Both the position numbers and the translations under genes were made by a program. Below, piece after piece: positions 13,390 through 26,562 of a DNA stretch of 64,000 nucleotides. The notes under the pieces were generated by a model, which did no database searches, was not told the origin of the DNA, and saw nothing but the letters and a program-made list of their open reading frames with translations. Numbering within the stretch: position 1 is the stretch's first letter; every line of letters begins with the position of its first letter. This stretch comes from Eledone cirrhosa (Eukaryota). The DNA lies in the NCBI GenBank assembly GCA_964016885.1, contig OZ024753.1, positions 10,788,001 through 10,852,000 of the forward strand, read 5' to 3'.

Positions 13390-14274
13390 TCTAAAGTCTG
13401 TCTTAAGCCAGAAGGCTCATTCGGCCGAGGTTTATCCTGGTTTCATGGCGTGAAGCGACTGAGAGTACAAGACTTCCCCCTGGTCATGACACCAGTCCCT
13501 CGCAGCGTTAAACCCCCAGCTATTACTGGTACTTATCCCGGTTTCATGGTGTGAAGCGACTGAGAGTACAAGACTTACCCCTGGACATGACACCAGTCCC
13601 TCGCAGGGTTAAACCCCCAGCTATTACTGGTACTTATCCCGGTTTCATGGTGTGAAGCGACTGAGAGTACAAGACCCCCCCTGGACATGACACCAGTCCC
13701 TCGCAGGGTTAAACCCCCAGCTATTACTGGTACTTATCCCGGTTTAATGGTGTGAAGCGACTGAGAGTACAAGACTTCCCCCTGGACATGACACCAGTCC
13801 CTCGCAGGGTTAAACCCCCAGCTTTTACTGGTACTCATCCCGGTTTCATGGAGTAGAGCGACTGAAAGTACAAGACTTACCCCTGGACAGGATACCAGTC
13901 CCTCGTAGGGTTAAACCCCCAACTATCGCTGGTACTTATCCCGGTTTAATGGTATGAAGCGACTGAAAGTACAAGACTTACCCCTGGACAGGACACCAGT
14001 CCATCGCAGGGTTAAACCCCCAACTATCGCTCGTACTTATCCCAATTTCATGGTGTGAAGCGACTGAGAGTACAAAACTTCCCCCTGGACATGATACCAG
14101 TCCCTCGCAGGGTTAAACCCCCAGCTATTGCTGGTACTCATTTTCAGCTGAGTATACTGGAGCAACGTGAAATGAAGTGTTTTGCTCAAGAACACAACAC
14201 ACAACCCAGGAATCGAACCCACAACATTATGATCGTAAGTCCAACACCCTTACCACTAGGGCACATGCCTCCAC
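13390..14274 (-). mobile_element. tRNA/CORE-type SINE whose ~101-bp V-domain-like body is amplified 7 times
   Basis: Head at ~14140-14274 has A box tagtggtaagg and B box gggttcgattcc; unit aaccctgcgagggactggtgtcatgtccagggg...gtcgcttcacaccatgaaaccggg repeats at 13439, 13540, 13641, 13741, 13842, 13943, 14044. Confidence 0.75.
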
Positions 14275-14323
<49 letters not shown>

Positions 14324-14325
<2 letters not shown>

Positions 14326-14507
14326 GGAAAGAGTCAGCACCCCGACTGCTGAGCTCCAGCTGTTTTGACAGCTAGATCCAAACTCCTCGGATCTAGCTGT
14401 CAAGACGGCCGGAGCTCAGCCGTCGGGGTGCTGACTCTTTTCCTATTACTCACTCTACTACCTTTGAGTATCGAGTACTCTGGTATCTTACCACACTTTC
14501 TTTGTTA
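14324..14507 (+). mobile_element. Hairpin+tail insert, family 1 (putative Penelope-like pLTR remnant), divergent copy
   Basis: ~56-bp inverted arms around aaactcctc, then tail attactcactctactacc...gagtactc...; flanked by (TA)n. Confidence 0.65.
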
Positions 14508-14527
14508 TATATATATATATATATATA

Positions 14528-14733
14528 TAGGAACGAGTAAGACCCCGACGGCTGAGCTCAAGCCGTTTCGACGGCTAATTCTGGACAGAATTATGTCCAG
14601 AATTAGCCGTCGAAATGGCTTGAGCTCAACCATCGGGGTCCTACTCGTTCCTATTATCCATTCTACTACCCTACGTATTGAGTACTTTGGTGCGTTATGG
14701 CCCACCTGGTTTCTTACCACACTTTCTTTGTTA
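14528..14733 (+). mobile_element. Hairpin+tail insert, family 1
   Basis: ~60-bp arms taggaacgag...ctggaca / tgtccag...ctcgttccta, ~80-bp tail, in (TA)n directly after the previous copy. Confidence 0.7.
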
Positions 14734-14878
14734 TATATATATATATGCGTAGAAATATACATGACCCCCCCAGCAGACAACTGATGAAGGAAAATTTTCT
14801 CCCGTTCGTGCTTTCCTCTTATTTGTAAGTACACCTTATCCAGCAACTACACAGCCCCTGTTTCTTCTTATATATATA

Positions 14879-15218
14879 TCATCATCATCATGATTTTAGG
14901 TCCGCTTCTCCCTGCTTGCAAGGGTGGGACGGGAACTGATTCTGGCTTGATTTCTACAGCTGGATGCCCTTCCTAACACCAACCTCATTTACAGTGAGTG
15001 CTGGGTGCTTTTTTGCCGTGGCACCTCCACGACCACTTTACAGTGGAATGATAGGGACCCCAGTCTCTATCATCTCATTTCTACAGCTGAGTAAACTGGA
15101 GCAATGTGAAATAAAGTGTCTTGCTCAAGGAAGCAACACATCACCCGGTCTGAGAATTGAACTGACAACCTTTCGATTGCAAGGCCAATGCTCTAACAAC
15201 TAAGCCATGTGCCTCCAT
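14879..15218 (-). mobile_element. tRNA-headed SINE with Meta-like domain and (gat)n tail
   Basis: Minus strand: tggcttagttgttagagc...gttcaattctc...ggttggtgttaggaagggcatccagctgtagaaa...(gat)n. A 3' portion also at ~16035-16220 (+), a head at ~58897-59015 (+). Confidence 0.65.
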
Positions 15219-15591
15219 TATATATATACATACACACACACACACATATATGTGTGTGTGTATATATGCATAAATATTAATATATATATAGTGAGTGGGT
15301 GTAGAATATGGTGTGCTGGTGTTTGTAAAAGATGAAGCAGCTAAACAAACATTTTCTCAGTCTGTCAATTCTGTTGATTCCTAAAACCAAAGTTTGGTTG
15401 ATTATTATTTCTATGGGAGAGACGGATCACTTGTATAAACTTCCTCCTACATAGCAAAACCTCCCACATTTGACTTATCCCGTTTAATGGGGTACACTTT
15501 ATCATCATCATCATCATCATCATTGTTTATAAGCATGAAGTAGTAAACCCGAGATTGTACATCAATATACTCTCTGGACAGGAGGCAATGT

Positions 15592-15845
15592 TTCTGAACA
15601 CAGAAGAGCCGAATTCCCACTGTCATTGCCTCCATCTCTCTCGCCCTCCTCCATCTCTCTCATGTACACCAGGTCCTGACACAGAGGAGCCAAACTCCCA
15701 CTGGCATCGCCTCCATCTCTCTCGCCCTCCTCCATCTCTCTCATGTACACCAGGTCCTGACACAGAGGAGCCAAACTCCCACTGGCATCGCCTCCATCTC
15801 TCTCACCCACCCCCCCATCTCACATGTACACCAGGTCCTGACACA
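15592..15845 (-). mobile_element. CRE-type 3' UTR unit, ~80 bp x3
   Basis: acacagaggagccaaactcccactggcatcgcctccatctctc...catgtacaccaggtcctg repeated. Confidence 0.6.
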
Positions 15846-16217
15846 TGTTCTGTGATGCATGACATGGCTAGCCATATGCAAGACTCTAGCAGGACTAAAA
15901 AACCACATCCGTGATGCTCACTTAAGTATCAAACGATGGCATTACTTGAAATTGAGCTGCAGCCATCATATATATATATACACACATATATATATACACA
16001 CATATATATATATATATGTGTGTAACACGGTAAAAAGGTTCCCAGTCCACACTGTAAATGTGGTTGGTGTTAAGAAGGGCATCCAGCTGTAGAAAACCTG
16101 CCAGATAGTCCTATATGAGCGAGACACGGTCACCCGACCAATCTTGCCTCAAGTGGGACAACTCCCGTCTAAACTATGCTAGCGTGGAAGATAGACGTTA
16201 AACGATGATGATGATGA

Positions 16218-16282
<65 letters not shown>

Positions 16283-16516
16283 CACACACAGTGTGTTCAC
16301 ATTTTACGCGAAGATGCATTCGTGAATGCAGTGCATAAAGCCAATTAGCACAACCGAAGTCTAATTTTCTGATGAAAAAAAAAAAAAATTAAAAACCACG
16401 TTATAGCACGTTATTCACGCAAAGTGAATATTTAATAAAATTTTTTCAAGAAGCGTTAAAGTAAATTAATGTAAAAAGCGAAGAGACTGTATATAAACGA
16501 ATGAAATGAAACTTAC

Positions 16517-16774
16517 TTGCAAAGCGGCAAAGGAGCTGTTTTTGATTCATCACAATTAGGGAAGGCGTAATGACAGAGAAGTTTCTTGGCAGGCTCTCTA
16601 CATAAAGCCCTATTAATGATGACCCCTTTGTCAAATTCATTCAAGAGATTGATGACGATCTGTTCGTGGAGTTGGGCAGGGCTTTCAAACGATGTATTGA
16701 AATATACCATGTGTGATCCCAGAATGTCTTTACAAACTGAGCCATTGTATGGGGCGCAATATCCATGGTTTGAT
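16517..16774 (-). CDS. Nrk: Internal exon encoding the N-terminal half of the Frizzled-type cysteine-rich domain of an Nrk/MuSK-like (Ror-family) receptor tyrosine kinase
   Basis: Translates SNHGYCAPYNGSVCKDILG...LCREPAKKLLCHYAFPNCDESKTAPLPLC, matching the GYCAPY-G-VC / LCRE-A-K-LC-YAFPNC pattern I recognise from Drosophila Nrk and MuSK. Acceptor ttttctctacag (AG at 16776-16775), donor gtaagt (16516-16511); 258 nt, phase 2 at both ends. Confidence 0.9.
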
Positions 16775-17076
16775 CTGTAGAGAAAATTAAAAAATATATT
16801 ATTAAATAATAAGAACAAAGATGATGATGATGATGATCAAATAATATATTATTTTAAATAATATTAATAATATTTTTCTGATTTAACCAAAAGACCAGCA
16901 ATCTGAATGGATTGGATGGGAAAAGTTAATTAAATCGTCCTCAGTGCATAGCTGGTATTTTGGAAGGTTGAAAGGTCAAGCTAATGTCAACGGGATTTGA
17001 ACTTATGGACTGGACTTGATCATTGCTCTTTGAACTCTGCTGTTGGTGATCGAAATTTGTGGAGAGAGATATCATG

Positions 17077-17285
17077 TTAACCCTTTAATGTTCAAACCGG
17101 CCAAAACCAGCCAGAATTCTCTACCGCTTTCTGTTGAAACTGGCTGTAACTGGTCACTCATACTGATGTTAAGGTATTGTTCTCAAAATAAATACTTTCA
17201 AAATCTCATAGATTCGATATTGTGAGATAATTATGTGAGGTAAAGCCTTTACCGCAAAAATACCATAGTATATATAGAGTAATGT
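17077..17285 (-). mobile_element. piggyBac-type MITE, same family, partial
   Basis: ttaaccctttaatgttcaaaccggcc...gtgaggtaaagcctttacc...tatagagtaatg. Confidence 0.7.
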
Positions 17286-17614
17286 GGCGGAGTTTAGCGT
17301 CACAAGAAGATAGGGTTTTTTTTATTTGTTTCTATTAGATTTACTTGTTCAGCCAAAGGTTTGTGGTCATGTGAGGTGCCCTAAATATAATTCTTAAATA
17401 CAATCTATCGAATTAACAAGAAATAATTCAAGAATATATAGAGTTCGATGAACAAGCCTATCTAAAATTCAGAGTATTAATATATTAAGTAAATCTATAA
17501 GTTTGATTTTACAAATTAATATCGATATAGTAAGACAATATAGAATCATAAGTGATTTATTGATCTTTGCTTATATGTACTTTAACATGTATAACGAATC
17601 TCACTCACTATTTC

Positions 17615-18080
17615 TGTCTCTCTGTGTCCCTCTATCTCTCTCTTCTTCTGTCTTTCTCTTTCTTCCCCCTCTCTTTCTTCCCCCTTTTTCTTTTTTCCCC
17701 CTCTCTCTTTCTTTGCCCACTCTCTTTCTTTCCCCTCTCTCTTTCTTTGCCCACTCTCTTTCTTTCCCCTCTCTCTTTCTTTGCCCACTCTCTTTCTTTC
17801 CCCTCTCTCTTTCTTCCCCCTTTTTCTTTCTTCCACCTCTCTCTTTCTTTCCCCCTCTCTCTTTCTTCCCCCTCTCTCTTTCTTCCCCATCTCTCTTTCT
17901 TTCCCCACTCTCTTTCTTTCCCCTCTCTCTTTCTTCCGTCTCTCTTTCTTCCCCCTTTTTCTTTCTTCCACCTCTCTCTTTCTTCCCCATCTCTATTTCT
18001 TTCCCCTCTCTCTTTCTTCTGTCTCTCTCTTTCTTCCATCTCTCTCTTTCTGCCCCTCTCTCTTTCTCCCCCCTCTCTCT
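17615..18080. repeat. Polypyrimidine (CT-rich) tract; polypurine counterpart at 53205-53800
   Basis: ctctctttctttccc units. Confidence 0.9.
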
Positions 18081-18289
18081 CACACATGCATTCACATACT
18101 CAATATATATACATATATGTGTCTGTGTGTGTAAATGTAAGTATGCATACATACACACATGCATATACACACACATATATACATATACACACGTATGTAT
18201 GGGCTATATCAAATATTACTAACAATATGTATATATATATATGTATGTATATGTGAGTGTGTGTGTATGTATGCATACTTGCATTTATG

Positions 18290-19059
18290 TATGGTGTTAT
18301 GGTGGTGTGGTGTGGTGGTGTGGTGTGGTGGTGTGGTGGTGTGGTGGTGTGGTTGTAATGGTATGGTGTGGTGGTGTGGTGGTATGGTGGTGTGGTTGTA
18401 ATGGTATGGTGGTGTGGTTGTAATGGTGTGGTGTGGTGGTGTGGTTGTAATGGTGTGGTGTGGTGGTGTGGTGGTGTGGTTGTAATGGTATGGTGGTGTG
18501 GTTGTAATGGTGTGGTGTGGTGGTGTGGTGGTGTGGTGGTGTGGTTGTAATGGTATGGTGGTGTGGTTGTAATGGTGTGGTGTGGTGGTGTAGTGGTTGT
18601 AATAGTTTGGTGGTGTAGTGGTATGGTGATGTGGTGTGGTTGTAGTGGTGTAGTGGTGTGGTTATAATGGTATGGTGGTGTAGTGGTTGTAATAGTTTGG
18701 TGGTGTGGTGGTATGGTGGTATGGTGATGTGGTGTGGTTGTAGTGGTGTAGTGGTGTGGTTGTAATGGTATGGTGGTGTGGTTGTAATGGTATGGTGGTG
18801 TGGTTGTAATGGTATGGTGTTGTGGTTGTAATGGTATGTGGTGTGGTGTGGTGGTGTGGTGGTGTAGTGTGGTGGTGTGGTTGTAATGGTATGGTGGTGT
18901 GGTGGTGTGGTTGTAATGGTATGGTGGTGTGGTGGTGTAATGGTATACTTGTGTGGTGGTATGGTGGTATGGCTGGTGGTAAATTTCATGATGGTTGCAT
19001 ACTGTAGTAGATGTAGTTGTCTGCTGTGTGGTTAACAACCATTGGATTGATCAGTGTTG

Positions 19060-19101
<42 letters not shown>

Positions 19102-21115
19102 CTGTGTGTGTATGTGTGTGTGCATCTGTGTGTGTGCATGTGTCTGTATGCATCTGTGTGTGTGTGTGTGTGCATCTGTGTGTATGCGTGTCTGTATGCA
19201 TCTGTGTGTGTGTGCATCTGTGTGTGTGAGTATGTGTCTGTGTGTGATAAGATAGGCTTGATTGGTTGAAGTGCGCGTGTATTTGTGTGTGCGTGTATGT
19301 ATGTATATATGCGTATATCTGTATGTGTCTGTGTGTATGTGTGTGTATGTATGTGTGTATATGTATGTGTGTATCTGTGGTAATGTGGTGCGTGTGTGTG
19401 TATCTGTGGTAATGTAGTGTGTGTGTGTGTATGTGTGGTAATGTGGGATGTGTGTGTGTGTATGTGTGGTAAAATGGTGTATGTGTTGTAATGTGGTGTG
19501 TGTGTGTGTATCTGTGGTAAGATGGTGTGTGTGTGTATCTGTAGTAATGTATCTGTGTGTGTGCATCTGTGGTAAGATGGTGTGTGTATCTGTGTGTGTG
19601 CATCTGTGGTAAGATGGTGTGTGTATGTATCTGTGTGTGTGTATCTGTGGTAATGTGGTGTGTGTATGTATCTGTGTGTGTGTGGTGAGATGGTGTGTGT
19701 ATGTATCTGTGTGTGTGTGGTAAGATGGTGTGTGTATGTATCTGTGTGTGTGTGTGTGGTAAGATGGTGTGTGTATGTATCTGTGTGTGTATCTGTGTGT
19801 GTATCTGTGGTAAGATGGTGTGTGTATGTGTCTGTGTGTGTATGTGTGGTAAGATGGTGTGTGTGTGTATGTGTGGTAAGATGGTATGTGTGTGTGTGTG
19901 TGGTAAGATGGTGTGTGTATGTATCTGTGTGTGTATGTATCTGTGTATGTATCTGTGTGTGTATGTATCTGTGTGTGTATCTGTGGTAAGATGGTGTGTG
20001 TATGTGTCTGTGTGTGTATGTGTGGTAAGATGGTGTGTGTGTGTATGTGTGGTAAGATGGTGTGTGTGTGTATGTGTGGTAAGATGGTATGTGTGTGTGT
20101 GTGTGTGGTAAGATGGTGTGTGTATGTATCTGTGTGTATGTGTGGTAAGATGGTGTGTGTGTGTATGTGTGGTAAGATGGTGTGTGTGTGTGTGTGGTAA
20201 GATGGTGTGTGTATGTATCTGTGTGTGTGTGTGTGTGGTAAGATGGTGTGTGTATGTATCTGTATGTATCTGTGTGTGTATCTGTGGTAAGATGGTGTGT
20301 GTATGTGTGGTAAGATGGTGTGTGTGTGTGTGTGTGTGGTAAGATGGTGTGTGAGGCAGGGTGACTGGTTCCCTGTTGAAACCAAATATCAAGTCTGCTG
20401 GACGTAGAATTCCAAGAATTTCAACCTTTTTTATTTTAACATTCTCCTGTATGGAGTCACACCGCCTTAACAAGATGGCGATGGTGGTGGTGTTGGTGGC
20501 CATAGTGATGGTGGTGGTGGTGGTCTTGGTGGCCGTAGTGATTGTGGTGGTGATGGCCATAGTGATGGTGGTGGTGGTGTTGGTGTTGGTGGTGGTGGTG
20601 GTGGTGTTGATGGCCATAGTGATGGTGGTGGTGGTGGTGGTGTTGGTGGCCATAGTGATTGTGGTGGTGGTGTTGGTGGTGGTGTTGGTGGTGGTGTTGG
20701 TGTTGTTGGTGGTGGTGGTGGCCATAGTGATAGTGGTGGTGTTGGTGGCCATAGTGATGGTGGTGGTGGTGTTGGTGGCCGTGGTGGTGTTGGTGGTGGT
20801 GGTGGTGGTGTTCGTGGCCGTGGTGGTGGTGGTGTTGGTGGTGGTGTTAGTGGCCATAGTGGTGGTGGTCATAGTGATGGTGTTGGTGGTGGTGGTGGTC
20901 ATAGTGATGGTTGCTACTATTACTACCACTACTGCTACTACTAGTACTACTACTATTACTACTACTATACTACTACTACTACTACTACTATTATTATTAC
21001 TACTACTACTACTACTACTACTACAACCACCACCACTACTACTACAACCACTACTACTACTACTACAACCACCACTACTACAACCACTACTACTACAACC
21101 ACTACTACTACTACA

Positions 21116-21159
<44 letters not shown>

Positions 21160-21160
21160 C
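18290..21160. repeat. Adjacent low-complexity arrays (GTGGT, GT with ggtaagatgg, GGT, TAC)
   Basis: Direct; short unique islands at ~18985-19060 and ~20353-20480. Confidence 0.9.
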
Positions 21161-21276
21161 CCTGTTGCTGTAGCAACAGAAGTAGCGCCAGCAGTCAACA
21201 ATGGCTATTCAGCTTCCAATACAACCTTCCATCTTGTCTCCTAGCAATTGACTAGGTTCACCATCCCCAACACTCC

Positions 21277-24200
21277 CCTCTATCCAATACTATAGTATCC
21301 ACTATCCAATACTATAGTGCCCTCTATCCAATACTATAGTGTCCTCTATCCAATACTATAGTGCCCTATATCCAATACTATAGTGCCCTCTATCCAATAC
21401 TATAGTGTCCTCTATCCAATACTATAGTGCCCTCTATCCAATACTATAGTGCCCTCTATCCAATACTATAGTGCTCTCTATCCAATACTATAGTATCCTC
21501 TATCCAATACTATAGTCCCCTCTATCCAATACTATAGTATCCTCTATCCAATACTATAGTATCCTCTATCCAATACTATAGTGCCCTCTATCCAATACTA
21601 TAGTATCCTCTATCCAATACTATAGTCCCCTCTATCCAATACTATAGTGCCCTCTATCCAATACTATAGTGCCCTCTATCCAATACTATAGTATCCTCTA
21701 TCCAATACTATAGTGCCCTCTATCCAATACTATAGTGCCCTCTATCCAATACTATAGTATCCTCTATCCAATACTATAGTGCCCTCTATCCAATACTATA
21801 GTGCCCTCTATCCAATACTATAGTATCCTCTATCCAATACTATAGTGCCCTCTATCCAATACTATAGTATCCTCTATCCAATACTATAGTGCCCTCTATC
21901 CAATACTATAGTACCCTCTATCCAATACTATAGTATCCTCTATCCAATACTATAGTGCTCTCTATCCAATACTATAGTATCCTCTATCCAATACTATAGT
22001 CCCCTCTATCCAATACTATAGTATCCTCTATCCAATACTATAGTCCCCTATATCCAATACTATAGTATCCTCTATCCAATACTATAGTGCCCTATATCCA
22101 ATACTATAGTATCCTCTATCCAATACTATAGTGCCCTATATCCAATACTATAGTATCCTCTATCCAATACTATAGTCCCCTATATCCAATACTATAGTAT
22201 CCTCTATCCAATACTATAGTGCCCTCTATCCAATACTATAGTATCCTCTATCCAATACTATAGTGCCCTCTATCCAATACTATAGTATCCTCTATCCAAT
22301 ACTATAGTGCCCTATATCCAATACTATAGTATCCTCTATCCAATACTATAGTGCCCTATATCCAATACTATAGTGCCCTCTATCCAATACTATAGTATCC
22401 TCTATCCAATACTATAGTGCCCTATATCCAATACTATAGTGCCCTCTATCCAATACTATAGTATCCTCTATCCAATACTATAGTGCCCTCTATCCAATAC
22501 TATAGTGCCCTATATCCAATACTATAGTATCCTCTATCCAATACTATAGTATCCTCTATCCAATACTATAGTGCCCTCTATCCAATACTATAGTGCCCTC
22601 TATCCAATACTATAGTATCCTCTATCCAATACTATAGTGCCCTATATCCAATACTATAGTGCCCTATATCCAATACTATAGTGGCCTCTATCCAATACTA
22701 TAGTATCCTCTATCCAATACTATAGTGCCCTCTATCCAATACTATAGTGCCCTCTATCCAATACTATAGTACCCTCTACCCAATACTATAGTATCCGCTA
22801 TCCAATACTATAGTGCCCTATATCCAATACTATAGTATCCTCTATCCAATACTATAGTGCCCTCTATCCAATACTATAGTGCCCTCTATCCAATACTATA
22901 GTATCCTCTATCCAATACTATAGTACCCTCTATCCAATACTATAGTGCCCTCTATCCAATACTATATTATCCTCTATCCAATACTATAGTATCCTCTATC
23001 CAATAATATAGTGCCCTCTATCCAATACTATAGTATCCTCTATCCAATACTATAGTGCCCTCTATCCAATACTATAGTGCCCTCTATCCAATAATATAGT
23101 GCCTTCTATCCAATACTATAGTGCCCTCTATCCAATACGATAGTATCCTCTATCCAATACTATAGTGCCCTCTATCCAATACTATAGTATCCTCTATCCA
23201 ATACTATAGTGCCCTCTATCCAATACTATAGTATCCTCTATCCAATACTATAGTGTCCTCTATCCAATACTATAGTGCCCTCTATCCAATACTATAGTAT
23301 CCTCTATCCAATACTATAGTGCCCTCTATCCAATACTATAGTATCCTCTATCCAATACTATAGTGCCCTCTATCCAATACTATAGTATCCTCTATCCAAT
23401 ACTATAGTATCCTCTATCCAATACTATAGTGCCCTCTATCCAATACTATAGTGCCCTCTATCCAATACTATAGTGCCCTCTATCCAATACTATAGTATCC
23501 TCTATCCAATACTATAGTGCCCTCTATCCAATACTATAGTGCCTTCAATCCAATACTATAGTGCCCTCTATCCAATACTATAGTATCCTCTATCCAATAC
23601 TATAGTGCCCTCTATCCAATACTATCGTGCCCTCTATCCAAAACTATAGTGCCCTCTATCCAATACTATAGTTCCCTCTATCCAATACTATAGTATCCTC
23701 TATCCAATACTATAGTGCCCTCTATCCAATACTATAGTATCCTCTATCCAATACTATAGTATCCTCTATCCAATACTATAGTGCCCTATATCCAATACTA
23801 TAGTGCCCTCTATCCAATACTATAGTGCCCCCTATCCAATACTATAGTGCCCTCTATCCAATACTATAGTATCCTCTATCCAATACTATAGTGCCCTCTA
23901 TCCAATACTATAGTGCCCTATATCCAATACTATAGTGCCCTCTATCCAATACTATAGTATCCTCTATCCAATATTATAGTATCCTCTATCCAATACTATA
24001 GTATCCTCTATCCAATACTATAGTGCCCTCTATCCAATACTATAGTGCCCTATATCCAATACTATAGTGCCCTCTATCCAATACTATAGTATCCTCTATC
24101 CAATATTATAGTATCCTCTATCCAATACTATAGTGCCCTCTATCCAATACTATAGTGCCCTCTATCCAATACTATAGTGCCCGCTATCCAATACTATAGT

Positions 24201-24583
24201 GCCCTCTATCCAATACTATAGTATCCTCTACCCAATACTATAGTGCCCTCTATCCAATACTATAGTATCCTCTATCCAATATTATAGTATCCTCTATCCA
24301 ATATTATAGTATCCTCTATCCAATACTATAGTATCCTCTATCCAATACTATAGTGCCCTCTATCCAATACTATAGTATCCTCTATCCAATACTATAGTGT
24401 CCTCTATCCAATACTATAGTGGCCTCTATCCAATACTATAGTATCCTCTATCCAATACTATAGTGCCCTATATCCAATACTATAGTGCCCTATATCCAAT
24501 ACTATAGTGGCCTCTATCCAATACTATAGTATCCTCTATCCAATACTATAGTGCCCTCTATCCAATACTATAGTGCCCTCTAC
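21277..24583. repeat. 22-bp minisatellite, ~150 copies
   Basis: tatccaatactatagt(gc|at)cctc in unbroken register over 3.3 kb. Confidence 0.95.
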
Positions 24584-24619
24584 ATACATTACAATTTACA
24601 CACAAACATTCATGTTTAA

Positions 24620-26113
24620 CCCTTTAGTATTCACATCACTCTATATACACTATTATATTTTCATGGTAAAGGCTTTACCTCACATAATTATCTCACATAA
24701 CATTCACATTACTCTATATATACTATTATATTTTCATGGTAAAAGCTTTACCTCACATAATTATCTCACATAACATTTAAATTACTCTATAAATACTATT
24801 ATATTTTCATGGTAAAGGCTTTACCTCACATAATTATCTCACATAACATTCACATTACTCTATATATACTATTATATTTTCATGGTAAAAGCTTTACCTC
24901 ACATAATTATCTCACATAACATTTACATTACTCTATAAATACTATTATATTTTCATGGTAAAGGCTTTACCTCACATAATATCTCACATAACATTCACAT
25001 TACTCTATATATACTATTATATTTTCATGGTAAAAGCTTTACCTCACATAATATCTCACATAACATTCACATTACTCTATATATACTATTATATTTTCAT
25101 GGTAAAGGCTTTACCTCACATAATTATCTCACATAACATTCACATTACTCTATATATACTATTATATTTTCATGGTAAAGGCTTTACCTCACATAATTAT
25201 CTCACATAACATTCACATTACTCTATATATACTATTATATTTTCATGGTAAAAGCTTTACCTCACATAATATCTCACATAACATTCACATTACTCTATAA
25301 ATACTATTGTATTTTCATGGTAAAAGCTTTACCTCACATAATTATCTCACATAACATTCACATTACTCTATATATACTATTATATTTTCATGGTAAAAGC
25401 TTTACCTCACATAATTATCTCACATAACATTTACATTACTCTATAAATACTATTATATTTTCATGGTAAAGGCTTTACCTCACATAATATCTCACATAAC
25501 ATTCACATTACTCTATATATACTATTATATTTTCATGGTAAAAGCTTTACCTCACATAATATCTCACATAACATTCACATTACTCTATATATACTATTAT
25601 ATTTTCATGGTAAAGGCTTTACCTCACATAATTATCTCACATAACATTCACATTACTCTATATATACTATTATATTTTCATGGTAAAGGCTTTACCTCAC
25701 ATAATTATCTCACATAACATTCACATTACTCTATATATACTATTATATTTTCATGGTAAAAGCTTTACCTCACATAATATCTCACATAACATTCACATTA
25801 CTCTATAAATACTATTGTATTTTCATGGTAAAAGCTTTACCTCACATAATTATCTCACATAACATTCACATTACTCTATATATACTATTATATTTTCATG
25901 GTAAAAGCTTTACCTCACATAATTATCTCACATAACATTCACATTACTCTATAAATACTATTATATTTTCATGGTAAAGGCTTTACTTCACAATAATATC
26001 GAATCTATGAGATTTTGAAAGTATTTATTTTGAGAACAATACCTTAACATCAGTTTGAGCGACCAGTTACAGCCAATTTCTGGCCGGTTTTCGCAGGTTT
26101 GAACACTAAGGGG
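24620..26113 (+). mobile_element. piggyBac-type MITE with an internally amplified 72-73 bp unit (~19 copies)
   Basis: TTAA-ccctttagt...actaagggg-TTAA termini; internal tandem cacattactctatatatactattatattttcatggtaaaggctttacctcacataattatctcacataacatt. Confidence 0.85.
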
Positions 26114-26235
26114 TTAAGCAAGTAGTTGAACAAGAACAAATGACCAGTCAGTAACTGGTTACACACTGTATCTGAGATAATTTATGTTAAAATCGTGTTA
26201 ATATCAGTTTTTCCTTGTTGAACCCAAACATATAA

Positions 26236-26416
26236 TAATTGTTTCTACTTTTCGGCACAAGGCCAGCAATTATCTCAGTGCATTACTGGTACTTTATTTT
26301 ATCGACTCCGTAAAGATGAAAGGCAAAGTGCACCTCGGTGGGATTTGAACTCAGACCATAAAGGGCCGCAACTCCGCTGCAAAGCATGGCGTCCGACCCT
26401 CTACCGATACTGCCAA
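26236..26416 (-). mobile_element. Same SINE family
   Basis: Full-length reverse match. Confidence 0.8.
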
Positions 26417-26562
26417 GGAATCGCAAACACAAGGTTCTAAAACCCTTCGCTAAGTACAAACTACTCCCTCCCTACGGACAACTGACACAGCACACCAGCT
26501 CTGAATACGGAAGAGCCAAACTCCCACTGTCATCGCCTCCCCCGCCCTCCCCATCTCTCTGT

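Noticed and set aside
14200-14274. tRNA genes (also 43990-44060, 58897-58970)
   Set aside because: A/B boxes continue into SINE bodies and no intact cloverleaf is evident.
14780-14830. CTGATGAAGG possible hammerhead core
   Set aside because: No correctly placed GAAA, stem III or stem I partner.
20353-20480. Unique island between repeats as possible exon (also 39190-39330, 48910-49050, 62690-62810)
   Set aside because: No convincing splice pair or recognisable protein motif.
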